Shown piece by piece: positions 39,201 through 47,197 of a stretch of 64,000 nt of DNA. The notes below the pieces were generated by a model. The model ran no database searches and was not told where the DNA came from. It was given only the letters and a program-made list of their open reading frames with translations. The DNA is from Nitrospirota bacterium (GTDB lineage Bacteria > Nitrospirota > UBA9217). The DNA is taken from the NCBI GenBank assembly GCA_963751455.1, contig CAVVUN010000012.1, positions 320,001 to 384,000 on the forward strand, given 5' to 3'. Made by a program: the position numbers and the translations under genes. How positions within the stretch are numbered: position 1 is the stretch's first letter; the number at the start of each line of letters is the position of its first letter.

Positions 39201-40400
39201 AAAACGCTGAAGCCCGGAAGTTTCCGTAGTCTAATTGAATTTTCTATAAAAAAAGGATTCGTCGGTGTAGAAGATCTACTTGTTAGCACTGTTATGGGAA
39301 ATCATGAAGATCAATCCCAAGAGCTTATAGCCGAAGCTGCCGCATCACTCTTGGTGTTTTATCAGAACAAACATTGGGATCTATTGTGGGGAATTATTCA
39401 AAATCAGAATGCCTTATCCCAAAAAATTGTTGAAAATATTTTTTCTAATCAGACAAGTGACTGGAAATTTGTCGACAAATTAGCTGAAGATGCGCTGGTA
39501 AGTCTGTATCTATTTCTCTCCCATAATGGCATCTTTACAGATCAACCTGCCTCTGGGAATGACATTACGCCTCTCATGAGGATCGTGGAAATTCGAAAGG
39601 TATTGCTTATGGCTTTAGTTAGGAGAGGAACAAGCAAAGCTTGCGAATCAATAAAATTACTAATGGAGAAGTTGCCGCAAGAGCGAGATGCAATTATTTG
39701 GAAGTTAAGAGAGGCTCAGGAAAACACATTGAGAAAAACATGGCGACCTCCAACGCCATCTCAGATAATAAAGCTTTTACAGCGCGAAGATAGAAGATAT
39801 GTTGAAAATGAAGAGCAATTGCTTTCAGCGATTATTGAATCACTGCAAAGGTTCCAGGAGTTTAGCCAAGGAGAGTTGACGCCTGTCGAGCGTCTGTGGA
39901 TTTATGAGGGAGGAGGGCATAAGAGACATAATTTTAAGCCAAGAGATGAAGAGAGCCTTTCTGATGAAATTGCACTCTGGTTAAAGCAGGATATCGGACC
40001 ATCGAAAGGAGTGATTATAAATCGAGAGGTCCAACCACGGCGAGGTCAAAAAACGGATATATATGTAAGCGCTGTAAATGCAGGTCACAAAAACGGCGAT
40101 GAAGAAATTCTAGAAGTCGTCATTGAAGTTAAAGGATGCTGGAACGTCGAAGTATTATCGGCCATGGAAGTTCAATTGCTGAATGAGTATATGATTCAAA
40201 ATAAAATAAAAAAAGGTGTGTACTTGATCGGCTGGTTTTTATGCGACAAGTGGAAGCAATCTGATTATAGAAAGGCACAAACTCCACCATTATCTTTGCT
40301 CAATTTTAAAGCAGAGATGGCATTACAGGGCAGTGCTCTTAATAAAAGATACGACAACTTTTATATTTCTCCCGTAATTTTAGATTTAACACTTCAGTGA
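36216..40400 (+). CDS. Large STAND/NACHT NTPase with helical repeats and a C-terminal PD-(D/E)xK nuclease-like domain
   Basis: Walker A GEPGIGKS, Walker B LFLDSLDE, ITCR sensor, FAHQTFLEFLAA winged-helix motif; C-terminal E..LSD, INREV, KTDI, VIEVKG. AT-rich. Confidence 0.85.
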   Translation: MKKFQWKRFWCPPEGKARFDKSGYLTDADGPYAKYLNPDVVSFEKIKNVPCLILLGEPGIGKSQTIQDEQKIIIKEKVSDENIIVAVNLKEYGSEDRLKKDLFESKVWREFIANKKKLHLFLDSLDEVRLRIPHVSSLILSGLKEAPIERISFRITCRSAEWPWSFKEGLESLWHKDAVKVFELMPLRLTDVQEAACQLKIDVEAFIQAVNEKKAGALAAKPVTLKFFLNIFKKDGHLPDSQIELYEKGCLHLCEDPDLERREKRQLSKRYAGHLNNKQRLNIASRIAAALTYSNYYAVYKDIDEGNIPDDCICLDDLTSGKEKNDSDLFDIRVDSIQETLRTGLFNSRGAQMMGFAHQTFLEFLAARYIKDAPIEQIRSLLSHPHDNGRLVPQLHETAAWISQQRQDVLSWIVSIEPEILLRSDVSKEDVKTKEIIVSALLDRFLSQELLDDRIFRDHYSKLNHPNLFKQLEPIIPNKALPREARFVAIQIAKACNCRHVQRILANVALDSSEDYYIRLKAADATWSINDDEVRIILEPLAEGRAGDDPDSGLRAYGFRCMWPKHWTPIKLLSNIINPPEELIGGACNAFLEHEFIPQLPAIDWSNDLPAALAIVKNWSVRERRGELLGTISDGIIISAWKLVPKLEIMQGLAELILERLKTDQPIMYGQDGKHLSNDELKRHAFIGFLIEKFDFGERSIDHFIYGETPLILRPDFPWLLQQLSICSAERKRIWAHCIMGTLRDDHPVSWISDFLDLRLREPILQEMYHVFWPLDSDISKNAKNSYLRALYWQNRHSKEEVRDKRSLYEVVATEIEAMKSDSIDHWHNITFNVSADREKGILDWPVNIVDTIGWKTLEDITQQQIREAALMFLKNYVPENTSWFGTGRHNWEIASTYLAIELIAGDQAKVNAIPNEAWRRFIPYMIDSPLSNDSTTRCLFLRIALEKAPADTQNYFVRFIDRENERHGCIFFINQYQDCWPDEFTRPFMEKLASKTLKPGSFRSLIEFSIKKGFVGVEDLLVSTVMGNHEDQSQELIAEAAASLLVFYQNKHWDLLWGIIQNQNALSQKIVENIFSNQTSDWKFVDKLAEDALVSLYLFLSHNGIFTDQPASGNDITPLMRIVEIRKVLLMALVRRGTSKACESIKLLMEKLPQERDAIIWKLREAQENTLRKTWRPPTPSQIIKLLQREDRRYVENEEQLLSAIIESLQRFQEFSQGELTPVERLWIYEGGGHKRHNFKPRDEESLSDEIALWLKQDIGPSKGVIINREVQPRRGQKTDIYVSAVNAGHKNGDEEILEVVIEVKGCWNVEVLSAMEVQLLNEYMIQNKIKKGVYLIGWFLCDKWKQSDYRKAQTPPLSLLNFKAEMALQGSALNKRYDNFYISPVILDLTLQ

Positions 40401-40428
40401 AAAACTTGATTCGAGAAGACAAAAGACA

Positions 40429-40971
40429 ATGAGAATATTTAAATCAGAAATGTTATTAGCAGATCCACTTAATGATGTTGCGAGAAGGACCAGGCGGGCT
40501 CTTATGACGTTTTGTTGTATTAGTATTATAGCTACACAGATGGGTTTAATGCCACAAGAAATTCAAAATTTAGGGATAAAATTTACAGATGCGAACAGAG
40601 AAGCGTTTTTCACTCTTATGACGGTCGCTATATTATATTTGGGTCTATCTTTCATGCTTTATTCATTTAGTGATTTTATTAATTGGTATTTAACGAATGT
40701 AAAGCCTCATTACCACTTACAGTATGAAGAAGAAAAAGGCCTTGTTCGAACAGCGATTGAAATGAATAAAACAAGTGAGACTAAAAGTGTTCATGAAATG
40801 CACGACAAGCTGAATAAAGAGATTGAGCAACAGGTTCAGATCAAGATGAATAAAATATTGATATGTTCATTACCGTTAGTTCTTATCCGGGTTGTAATAG
40901 ACATTTTATTTCCGATTGCTTTGGCCGTATATTCCACTTATAAAATGATTGGTAACGCTAAGTGGAGCTAA
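40429..40971 (+). CDS. Hypothetical membrane protein (about three TM segments)
   Basis: Hydrophobic segments at about aa 25-42, 58-85 and 143-170; AT-rich; 28 bp after the NTPase gene. Confidence 0.7.
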   Translation: MRIFKSEMLLADPLNDVARRTRRALMTFCCISIIATQMGLMPQEIQNLGIKFTDANREAFFTLMTVAILYLGLSFMLYSFSDFINWYLTNVKPHYHLQYEEEKGLVRTAIEMNKTSETKSVHEMHDKLNKEIEQQVQIKMNKILICSLPLVLIRVVIDILFPIALAVYSTYKMIGNAKWS

Positions 40972-41369
40972 TCTGCAAGCCTTGGATTTGATTGCTGCGA
41001 GGTAGTTGGGTGCGTTCGTTTTTATCTTTTCTTGATGAGATCCATTTATGGTAGATAAATTAAAAAAGGAGATCTGGTCCAATGGAAAACTGCAGCGCGA
41101 GGTCAGAGGCGAGTTAAGGAAGGTAAAGTTTTCGCTATAGTCCCTCCTGGCACTCACCTGCCGAAGCTGTTGAATTGGCTGGGCAGAGCGCAAGACACGA
41201 TGTTCAAGTCAGATTTGAATTAATGTTTTCTCATTTTGAGTATTGGACGCGAAAAGATATATCGTATTTAATACGAGTCGATGATAACGAGACGACTCCA
41301 ATGCCTAAGTTATATTGGCCTCGCGCGACATGGCTAAAAAAGTTACATTAGCCGATTCCCTCTAAACTT

Positions 41370-41441
41370 TTTGATGGGTTTCGGTGGACAGAGCAGCGGT
41401 TTCCTAAACCGCGTGCCGGGTGTTCGAGTCATCACCAGGAA
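41370..41441 (+). pseudogene. Decayed tRNA-Arg(CCT) fragment
   Basis: D-loop GTGGACAGAGC, perfect anticodon arm GCGGT-TTCCTAA-ACCGC (CCT at 41403-05), T-arm GGGTG-TTCGAGT-CATCA. The acceptor stem is disrupted and there is no CCA. Confidence 0.75.
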
Positions 41442-41575
41442 GATAAAATATAGAATTTCAGTTTACCGATAGGATTAAACGACGCAGATTGTTTCTGGTT
41501 GTCGAGTGACACCCAAACTATGGCGGTAAAATATAAAGAGGAAGCCAATCCATCGCCTCCAGGGAGATCGATGCC

Positions 41576-42106
41576 ATGAGCGGTATATCCCAGGTAATCG
41601 CAATGATCAATCAATTGGAAGAAGATGGCATCATCGAGCGTTACGCTATCGGGGGAGCGGTGGGCGCAACCTTCTACCTTGAGCCTGTCGCAACGCTTGA
41701 TGTCGACATATTCGTGGTGTTCCGACCGGAGGCTGGACGAAGTCTGGTGAGTCTCCAACCGATCTTCGACTACCTTACGACCCGTGGCGGCGTCATCGAG
41801 GGCGAATATGTCATCATCGCCGGATGGCCCGTGCAATTTCTCCCGCTCACGACCCCGCTGGTCGAGGAGGCGCTCGCTGATGCCGTCACGGTGCAAGTGG
41901 AGGGAATGCCTGCGCGGGTGTTCACCGCCGAGCACCTTGCTGCCGTCGCGCTCCAGACCGGCAGGCCCAAGGACAAGGCGCGTTTGCTTCAGTTTGTCGA
42001 GTCCGGCGCGATCGAAGCCGGTCATTTCCAGGCTATCCTTGCCCGGCATGGGCTCGACAAGCGATGGCGGGAGTTTGAACGGACGTTCCTATCGGGTGCG
42101 AAATGA
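41576..42106 (+). CDS. Nucleotidyltransferase-fold protein (candidate toxin-antitoxin component)
   Basis: YAIGGAVG...ATLDVDIF (GG...DxD), C-terminal RPKD. Confidence 0.75.
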   Translation: MSGISQVIAMINQLEEDGIIERYAIGGAVGATFYLEPVATLDVDIFVVFRPEAGRSLVSLQPIFDYLTTRGGVIEGEYVIIAGWPVQFLPLTTPLVEEALADAVTVQVEGMPARVFTAEHLAAVALQTGRPKDKARLLQFVESGAIEAGHFQAILARHGLDKRWREFERTFLSGAK

Positions 42107-42327
42107 CCTTTGATCTCAAACGAATGCTTGAAAGCAAAAAAGCGCTGCGCCTAAAACTCGCCGCTCGCCCTCTGGCGGAGAAGCTCGCCATGCTCGACGC
42201 TCTGCGCGAACGCACGCTTGCGATCCGCGAGGCAGCCGGATCCATGCGTCATCCCGCCGTGCGTGAGGCCCCGGAAAAATATCGGACCGGACAAAATACG
42301 GGGGGAAAACGTCGCGCTGAGAAATAA
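42103..42327 (+). CDS. Small basic helical hypothetical protein coupled to the nucleotidyltransferase
   Basis: ATGA overlap with the upstream stop; SK..R..LA..P..EK helical pattern. Confidence 0.65.
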   Translation: MTFDLKRMLESKKALRLKLAARPLAEKLAMLDALRERTLAIREAAGSMRHPAVREAPEKYRTGQNTGGKRRAEK

Positions 42328-42389
42328 CAATGAGACTTGACGCAGGACAGATGTGAGACGTTCGAATGGCTAGCCTAAAGGAGCCTCTC

Positions 42390-42852
42390 GTGACTGAGGG
42401 TTTTATCCCGCCCCATGGCGGTTACCAGAAGCTGCTCTCCTACCAGAAGGCAGAGATCGTGTACGACGCTACGGTATATTTTGTGACCGCTTTATCGACA
42501 AGCGCAGCCGCACTCATGATCAGATGATCCAGGCTGCCCGGTCAGGCAAGCAAAACATTATTGAAGGCAGTATGGCTTCCGCAACATCCAAAGAAACCGA
42601 GATTAAACTCACGAACGTGGCCCGGGCCAGCCTGGAAGAGCTGTTGGCAGACTACCGAGATTTCCTGCGGACGCGCAAACTGGCAATCTGGGACAAGGGC
42701 GGGCTGCCAATACCATCATCTGCCTTATTCACCAAGCCAACTCTCTGCTGGACCAGCAACTGCGAAGTCTCGAAGCTGCCTTTCTCAAGGAAGGCGGTCT
42801 ACGAGAGCGCATGACTCGAGCTCGTCTGGAAGCAAGGAAGAAGGACCGCTAA
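42390..42852 (+). pseudogene. Four-helix-bundle (23S IVS-protein-like) suffix-domain gene, disrupted
   Basis: HGGYQKLLSYQKA..YDAT / RTHDQMIQAARSGKQNIIEG...VARASLEELLADY / ANTIICLIHQAN.LLDQQ..FLKEGGLRERMTRAR. Frameshift at about 42480 and a frame-changing junction after WDK (about 42700). Confidence 0.82.
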
Positions 42853-42958
42853 TGGTTCAATTCAGATAACATTTGGAAACTTCCTCCGCTATTAGCCTCG
42901 AACCCGTGGCCCAATCTGCCGCCTACTAAACACAGTGCTAAAATTAAACCATGCGAAC

Positions 42959-43006
42959 CAGCTATCGGCTATCAGCGTACTGCTTATTGCTGACAGCCGA
43001 CAACTG
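42959..43006. repeat. 7-nt-period palindromic element
   Basis: CAGCTATCGGCTATCAGC ... GCTGACAGCCGACAACTG. Confidence 0.6.
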
Positions 43007-43023
43007 AACTTACGGAGGTTGCC

Positions 43024-44019
43024 ATGACAACCATGAAATACCGCAAACTCGGAAAATCGGGATTGGAGGTGCCGGCCATCGGTTTGGGCTGCATGGGCAT
43101 GAGTGAATTCTATGCCGGGGCATCGGACAATGATTCTCTCGAGACCATTCGGCGCGCAATCGAGCTCGGCATCACCTTCCTCGATACCGCGGACATGTAT
43201 GGACCTTTCAAAAACGAGGAACTGGTGGGCAGGGCCATCAAGGGGAGAAGAGACCGGATCATACTCGCAACCAAATTCGGGAACGTACGCGGAGCGGACG
43301 GGAGTTTCCAGGGCATCAGCGGAAGGCCCGAGTACGTGAGAAAAGCCTGCGATACTTCGCTCAAACGGCTCGGTACGGATTATATTGATCTCTATTACCA
43401 GCACCGCGTGGACCGGGCTGTCCCGATCGAGGAGACAGTCGGGACCATGGGGGCGCTCGTTCGCGAAGGAAAGGTGCGCTTTATCGGGCTGTCCGAAGCG
43501 GCGCCCGAGACGATGAGGAGAGCCAATAGAGTGCATCCCGTGACCGCTCTCCAGACCGAATACTCCCTGTGGAGCCGCGACCCAGAAGACGAGATACTGC
43601 CGACCGTGCGCGAACTCGGGATCGGGTTCGTTGCGTACAGCCCTCTCGGCAGGGGCTTCTTGACCGGCCGTTTTAAAAAAGTGGAAGATATCCCGGAGGG
43701 CGACTATCGCAGGCAATCGCCGAGGTTCCAGGGCGAGAACTTCAGGAGAAATCTCGAACTCGTGGAGCGGGTGCGTGAGATTGCAGGCGAAAAGAACGTA
43801 AAGCCTTCACAGCTTGCGCTTGCATGGGTGCTCGCCCAGGGCAACGACATCGTTCCGATTCCGGGAACCACGAGGCGGGCACATCTTGAAGAGAATATGC
43901 AGGCGCTCCAAATCGTGCTTACAACCGATGACCTGGCCCGGATAGACGAGGCGGCTCCCCACGGAGCTGCCGCAGGAATGCGGTACTCCGAGGAAGGCAT
44001 GAAGACGGTAAACGGTTAG
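43024..44019 (+). CDS. Aldo/keto reductase
   Basis: [39 protein letters not shown]. Confidence 0.95.
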   Translation: MTTMKYRKLGKSGLEVPAIGLGCMGMSEFYAGASDNDSLETIRRAIELGITFLDTADMYGPFKNEELVGRAIKGRRDRIILATKFGNVRGADGSFQGISGRPEYVRKACDTSLKRLGTDYIDLYYQHRVDRAVPIEETVGTMGALVREGKVRFIGLSEAAPETMRRANRVHPVTALQTEYSLWSRDPEDEILPTVRELGIGFVAYSPLGRGFLTGRFKKVEDIPEGDYRRQSPRFQGENFRRNLELVERVREIAGEKNVKPSQLALAWVLAQGNDIVPIPGTTRRAHLEENMQALQIVLTTDDLARIDEAAPHGAAAGMRYSEEGMKTVNG

Positions 44020-44043
44020 CACAGCGGTCCATAAGGGAGAAAA

Positions 44044-44310
44044 ATGATTCCCATAATTCTGGTTGTTATTGTAGTCGTGATTGTTGCGCTTTTTTCCGTG
44101 CAGAACGCAATGCCGGTCGCCATCTCGTTTCTTGTCTGGCATTTCGATGCGTCTCTTGCAATAATCGCGCTGCTGTTTTTCCTGGCCGGCATGATTGCCG
44201 GTATAGGCCTGTTGTTCTGGACACGAATGCGGCGAACAGCAGCAAAAAAGAAAAGCGAACTTGCCCGGAAGCAGCCGGTCAGCGGGAAACCGGAGGATTT
44301 ACCCGGTTAG
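44044..44310 (+). CDS. LapA/DUF1049-family small membrane protein
   Basis: Two TM helices with the FSVQN..V...FL.W motif and a basic tail. Confidence 0.82.
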   Translation: MIPIILVVIVVVIVALFSVQNAMPVAISFLVWHFDASLAIIALLFFLAGMIAGIGLLFWTRMRRTAAKKKSELARKQPVSGKPEDLPG

Positions 44311-44371
44311 AGAAAGCACCTGTTTTCCCTCGGTGTAAAAACAAAAGCGCGAAGGAGCGAGGCATTGTGTG

Positions 44372-46567
44372 CTACATGCTCCTTGCGGCGAGTTCGTTAA
44401 ATTCCTCTGCAGGCAGAGGCTTGCTGAAAATAAAACCTTGGATTTCATCGCAATTGCTGGACCGCAGAAAGGCCAGCTGTTCGGCGGTCTCCACCCCTTC
44501 CGCGGTCACTCGAAGCTGCAAATTATGCGTCATGGCAATCATGGCATTCACGATGGCTCTGTCATTCTGATCCGTTGCAAGGTCCTTTACAAATGACCTG
44601 TCCATCTTGATCTTTTGAATCGGCAGCCTTCTTAAATGGCTCAAGGAAGTATACCCCGCGCCGAAATCATCTATCGTGAATCTGATGCCCCTTTCAGCCA
44701 ATCTGTTCAGGTTATTCGTGGTAAGGTCGATATTGTGCATAACAGTGTTTTCGGTTAATTCGAGCTCAAGCAGTCCGGGGTCCAACCCGACTTCCTTCAC
44801 TATCTGCAGGACTCTTTCTATGAAATCTTTTTGCTGAAATTTTCGCGCAGAAAGGTTCACGGTTACGCTGAGATTGGGATACCCGGATTCCTTCCATGCC
44901 TTTGCCTGTGCACAGGCGGCTTGCAATACCCACTCGTCAAGAGACGTTATGAATCCGGTCTCTTCAGCAAGGGGGATGAATTGTGCCGGCGCAAGCAGCC
45001 CTAACTCGGGATGTCTCCACCGCACCAGCGCCTCTGCCGAAACTATCCGCCTGCTCTCAATATCCATCTGGGGCTGATAGTACAGCACCAGTTCCCCTAG
45101 CTCTATCGCCTGGTGGAGCCTGTCTTCCATGATTGTCCTTTCAAATCCTCTCACCTGAAGGACGTGGTTATAAAATTGATAATTGTTCCTCCCCGCTTCC
45201 TTTGCATTGTACATGGCGGTATCGGCATTCTTGAGAAGCGTTTCCGCATTTTCTCCATCACCGGGATACAGGCTGATGCCGATGCTCGTAGTCACATGAA
45301 GATCGATGCCCCCGATCTCGAAAGGCCCCTTAAAGACCGATATGATCTTTTCCGCAATAGTTGCGGCATGCTCGGCATGAGCCATATCGGCAAGCAGGAT
45401 GTTAAACTCATCTCCTCCCATGCGGGCAACGGTGTCCGATTCACGCACGCACGTTTTCAGCCTCTCCGATACCGCTTTCAGCAAATGATCGCCGGTAGTG
45501 TGGCCGAGCGTATCGTTGATGATTTTGAAACGGTCGAGGTCCAAAAACATCGTCGCCAGCAGTTTGTGGTTCCGGCGGGCCTGGGCAAGCTCAAGGTTCA
45601 GATGGTCAATGAACAGCGTACGATTCGGCAAGCCGGTCAGCGCATCGTGATACGCCTGGTATTTAATGGCATCCTCCAGCTTTTTGCGCTCCGTAATGTC
45701 CCTCACGATGGCCCACATGCCTGCAGGGAAGCCTTTTTCATCTCTAATAATCCACTTCTTTATGGAAACGGGAAACCTGGCTCCGTCCTTTCTGCGGTAT
45801 TCCTTCTCGTATTCCTCCGAGTACCCTTGTGAGAATATCCGGCTATTAATGAAGATTTCCCTTTCCCGCCAGGGCGCCGGAGTGATATCCTCATAGGAGG
45901 CCCATTTGATTTCATCCCGGGTATAGCCGAGCATGTCGAGATATCGTTGATTGCACTCGAGAACTCTCTCTTTCAAATCGGTCATCACAATGCCGTCACT
46001 GATGGTATCGTAGAGGTTCCGAAGCTTCTTTTCAGAACGCGTTAGCGCAGCTTCGGCTTTTTTACGCTCGGAAATTTCGGACGTGAGCGAGCTGTTGAGC
46101 CGTGTCAATTCCGCGGTCCTTTCCTGAACACGCTGCTCCAGTTCGGCATACGCCCTGTGCAATCTTTCCTGCGCCGTTCTCCGGTCGGCCCGTTCCCTGG
46201 CCTCTAAAAAGGCCCGCCTTACCGCCGGTCCGAGTCTCTCCAGGCGGTCCTTGAGAACGTAATCAGTGGCCCCCTTTTTGACCATCTCGATTGCGAAATC
46301 TTCTCCAATTGCTCCGGACACGAAAATGAACGGCACGTCGGGGCGCTTCCGCGCGGCCAATGCAAGAGCAGTGAGGCCGTCGAACCCGGGAAGGGAGTAA
46401 TCTGCGAGGATAAGGTCGAAGCCGCCTGTCTCCAGAGACTGGATAAAATCTTCTTTCGTGAGCGCGCGCGCTATCTCGCAGCGAATTCCGTCCTCCTCGA
46501 GTCTCGCCTCAATAAGCTCTGAATCAAGAAGATTGTCTTCCAGGTGCAGGATGCCCAGTTTTTTCAT
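44372..46567 (-). CDS. REC-PAS-GGDEF-EAL diguanylate cyclase/phosphodiesterase
   Basis: HLEDN / LADY receiver, PAS, RMGGDEF, EALVRW, IDDFGAG, AEGVE. Confidence 0.95.
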   Translation of the reverse strand: MKKLGILHLEDNLLDSELIEARLEEDGIRCEIARALTKEDFIQSLETGGFDLILADYSLPGFDGLTALALAARKRPDVPFIFVSGAIGEDFAIEMVKKGATDYVLKDRLERLGPAVRRAFLEARERADRRTAQERLHRAYAELEQRVQERTAELTRLNSSLTSEISERKKAEAALTRSEKKLRNLYDTISDGIVMTDLKERVLECNQRYLDMLGYTRDEIKWASYEDITPAPWREREIFINSRIFSQGYSEEYEKEYRRKDGARFPVSIKKWIIRDEKGFPAGMWAIVRDITERKKLEDAIKYQAYHDALTGLPNRTLFIDHLNLELAQARRNHKLLATMFLDLDRFKIINDTLGHTTGDHLLKAVSERLKTCVRESDTVARMGGDEFNILLADMAHAEHAATIAEKIISVFKGPFEIGGIDLHVTTSIGISLYPGDGENAETLLKNADTAMYNAKEAGRNNYQFYNHVLQVRGFERTIMEDRLHQAIELGELVLYYQPQMDIESRRIVSAEALVRWRHPELGLLAPAQFIPLAEETGFITSLDEWVLQAACAQAKAWKESGYPNLSVTVNLSARKFQQKDFIERVLQIVKEVGLDPGLLELELTENTVMHNIDLTTNNLNRLAERGIRFTIDDFGAGYTSLSHLRRLPIQKIKMDRSFVKDLATDQNDRAIVNAMIAMTHNLQLRVTAEGVETAEQLAFLRSSNCDEIQGFIFSKPLPAEEFNELAARSM

Positions 46568-46580
46568 CTCTTGCTTTTGT

Positions 46581-46744
46581 CCTTAAAAGAGCAGTTGGAC
46601 ACGGATAAAATCTGATTAGCACGGATTTACAGAAACTTACAAGCACAATATGAAATTCACCCAAAAGGTGAGACGTTTGTGAATTCTATCGCATTGTTTC
46701 ATCCGCTGTTTCTGTGATCATCCGTGTCCAATGCCTTATTTAGG
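46581..46744. mobile_element. MITE family 1, copy C (supplies the stop codon of the upstream response regulator)
   Basis: Closely similar to copy A; flanks TTTGT / TTTAT; overlaps 46736-46744 of the CDS. Confidence 0.8.
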
Positions 46745-47197
46745 TTTATCCTTCTTCAACGCAGTAGGCGGCGGTTCGTTTATTACAGCCCAGAATACGC
46801 CGAGTTCCTTGACCGCCCGGGCAAATTCCTGAAAGTCGACGGGCTTGACGACGTATGCATTTACTCCCAGCCGGTAGCTTTCGACAAGATCCCGTTCCTC
46901 GCGCGAAGAGGTAAGCACCACGACAGGGATAAACTTTAACTGCTCGTCCTCTTTTATGGTTTTCAGCACCTCGACGCCGTCCACTCGAGGGAGCTTGAGA
47001 TCTAAAAGAACCACGGCCGGGTTTCCCTCCTCACGTCCAGCAAATTCACTGCGCCGAAAAAGATAGTCGAGGGCTTCAACACCGTCCCTTGCCACAACGA
47101 CTTCGTTTGCGAGATTGTATTCACTCAGTCCGTCCAGCACCATCTCGACATCGTTCGGGTTGTCTTCAACCAGTAAAATGCGTCTCAACTCCATCAT
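46736..47197 (-). CDS. Single-domain response regulator (Rcp1-like)
   Basis: LLVEDN, LLDLKLP, LTSS, YVVKP, FW motif. Confidence 0.93.
   Translation of the reverse strand: MMELRRILLVEDNPNDVEMVLDGLSEYNLANEVVVARDGVEALDYLFRRSEFAGREEGNPAVVLLDLKLPRVDGVEVLKTIKEDEQLKFIPVVVLTSSREERDLVESYRLGVNAYVVKPVDFQEFARAVKELGVFWAVINEPPPTALKKDKPK

Noticed and set aside
41370-41441. Functional tRNA-Arg gene
   Set aside because: The acceptor stem cannot pair, the T-stem has a mismatch and there is no CCA; kept as a pseudo-tRNA.
42390-42852. Diversity-generating retroelement (Avd-like four-helix bundle)
   Set aside because: No reverse transcriptase and no TR/VR repeat pair in the window; the gene is disrupted.
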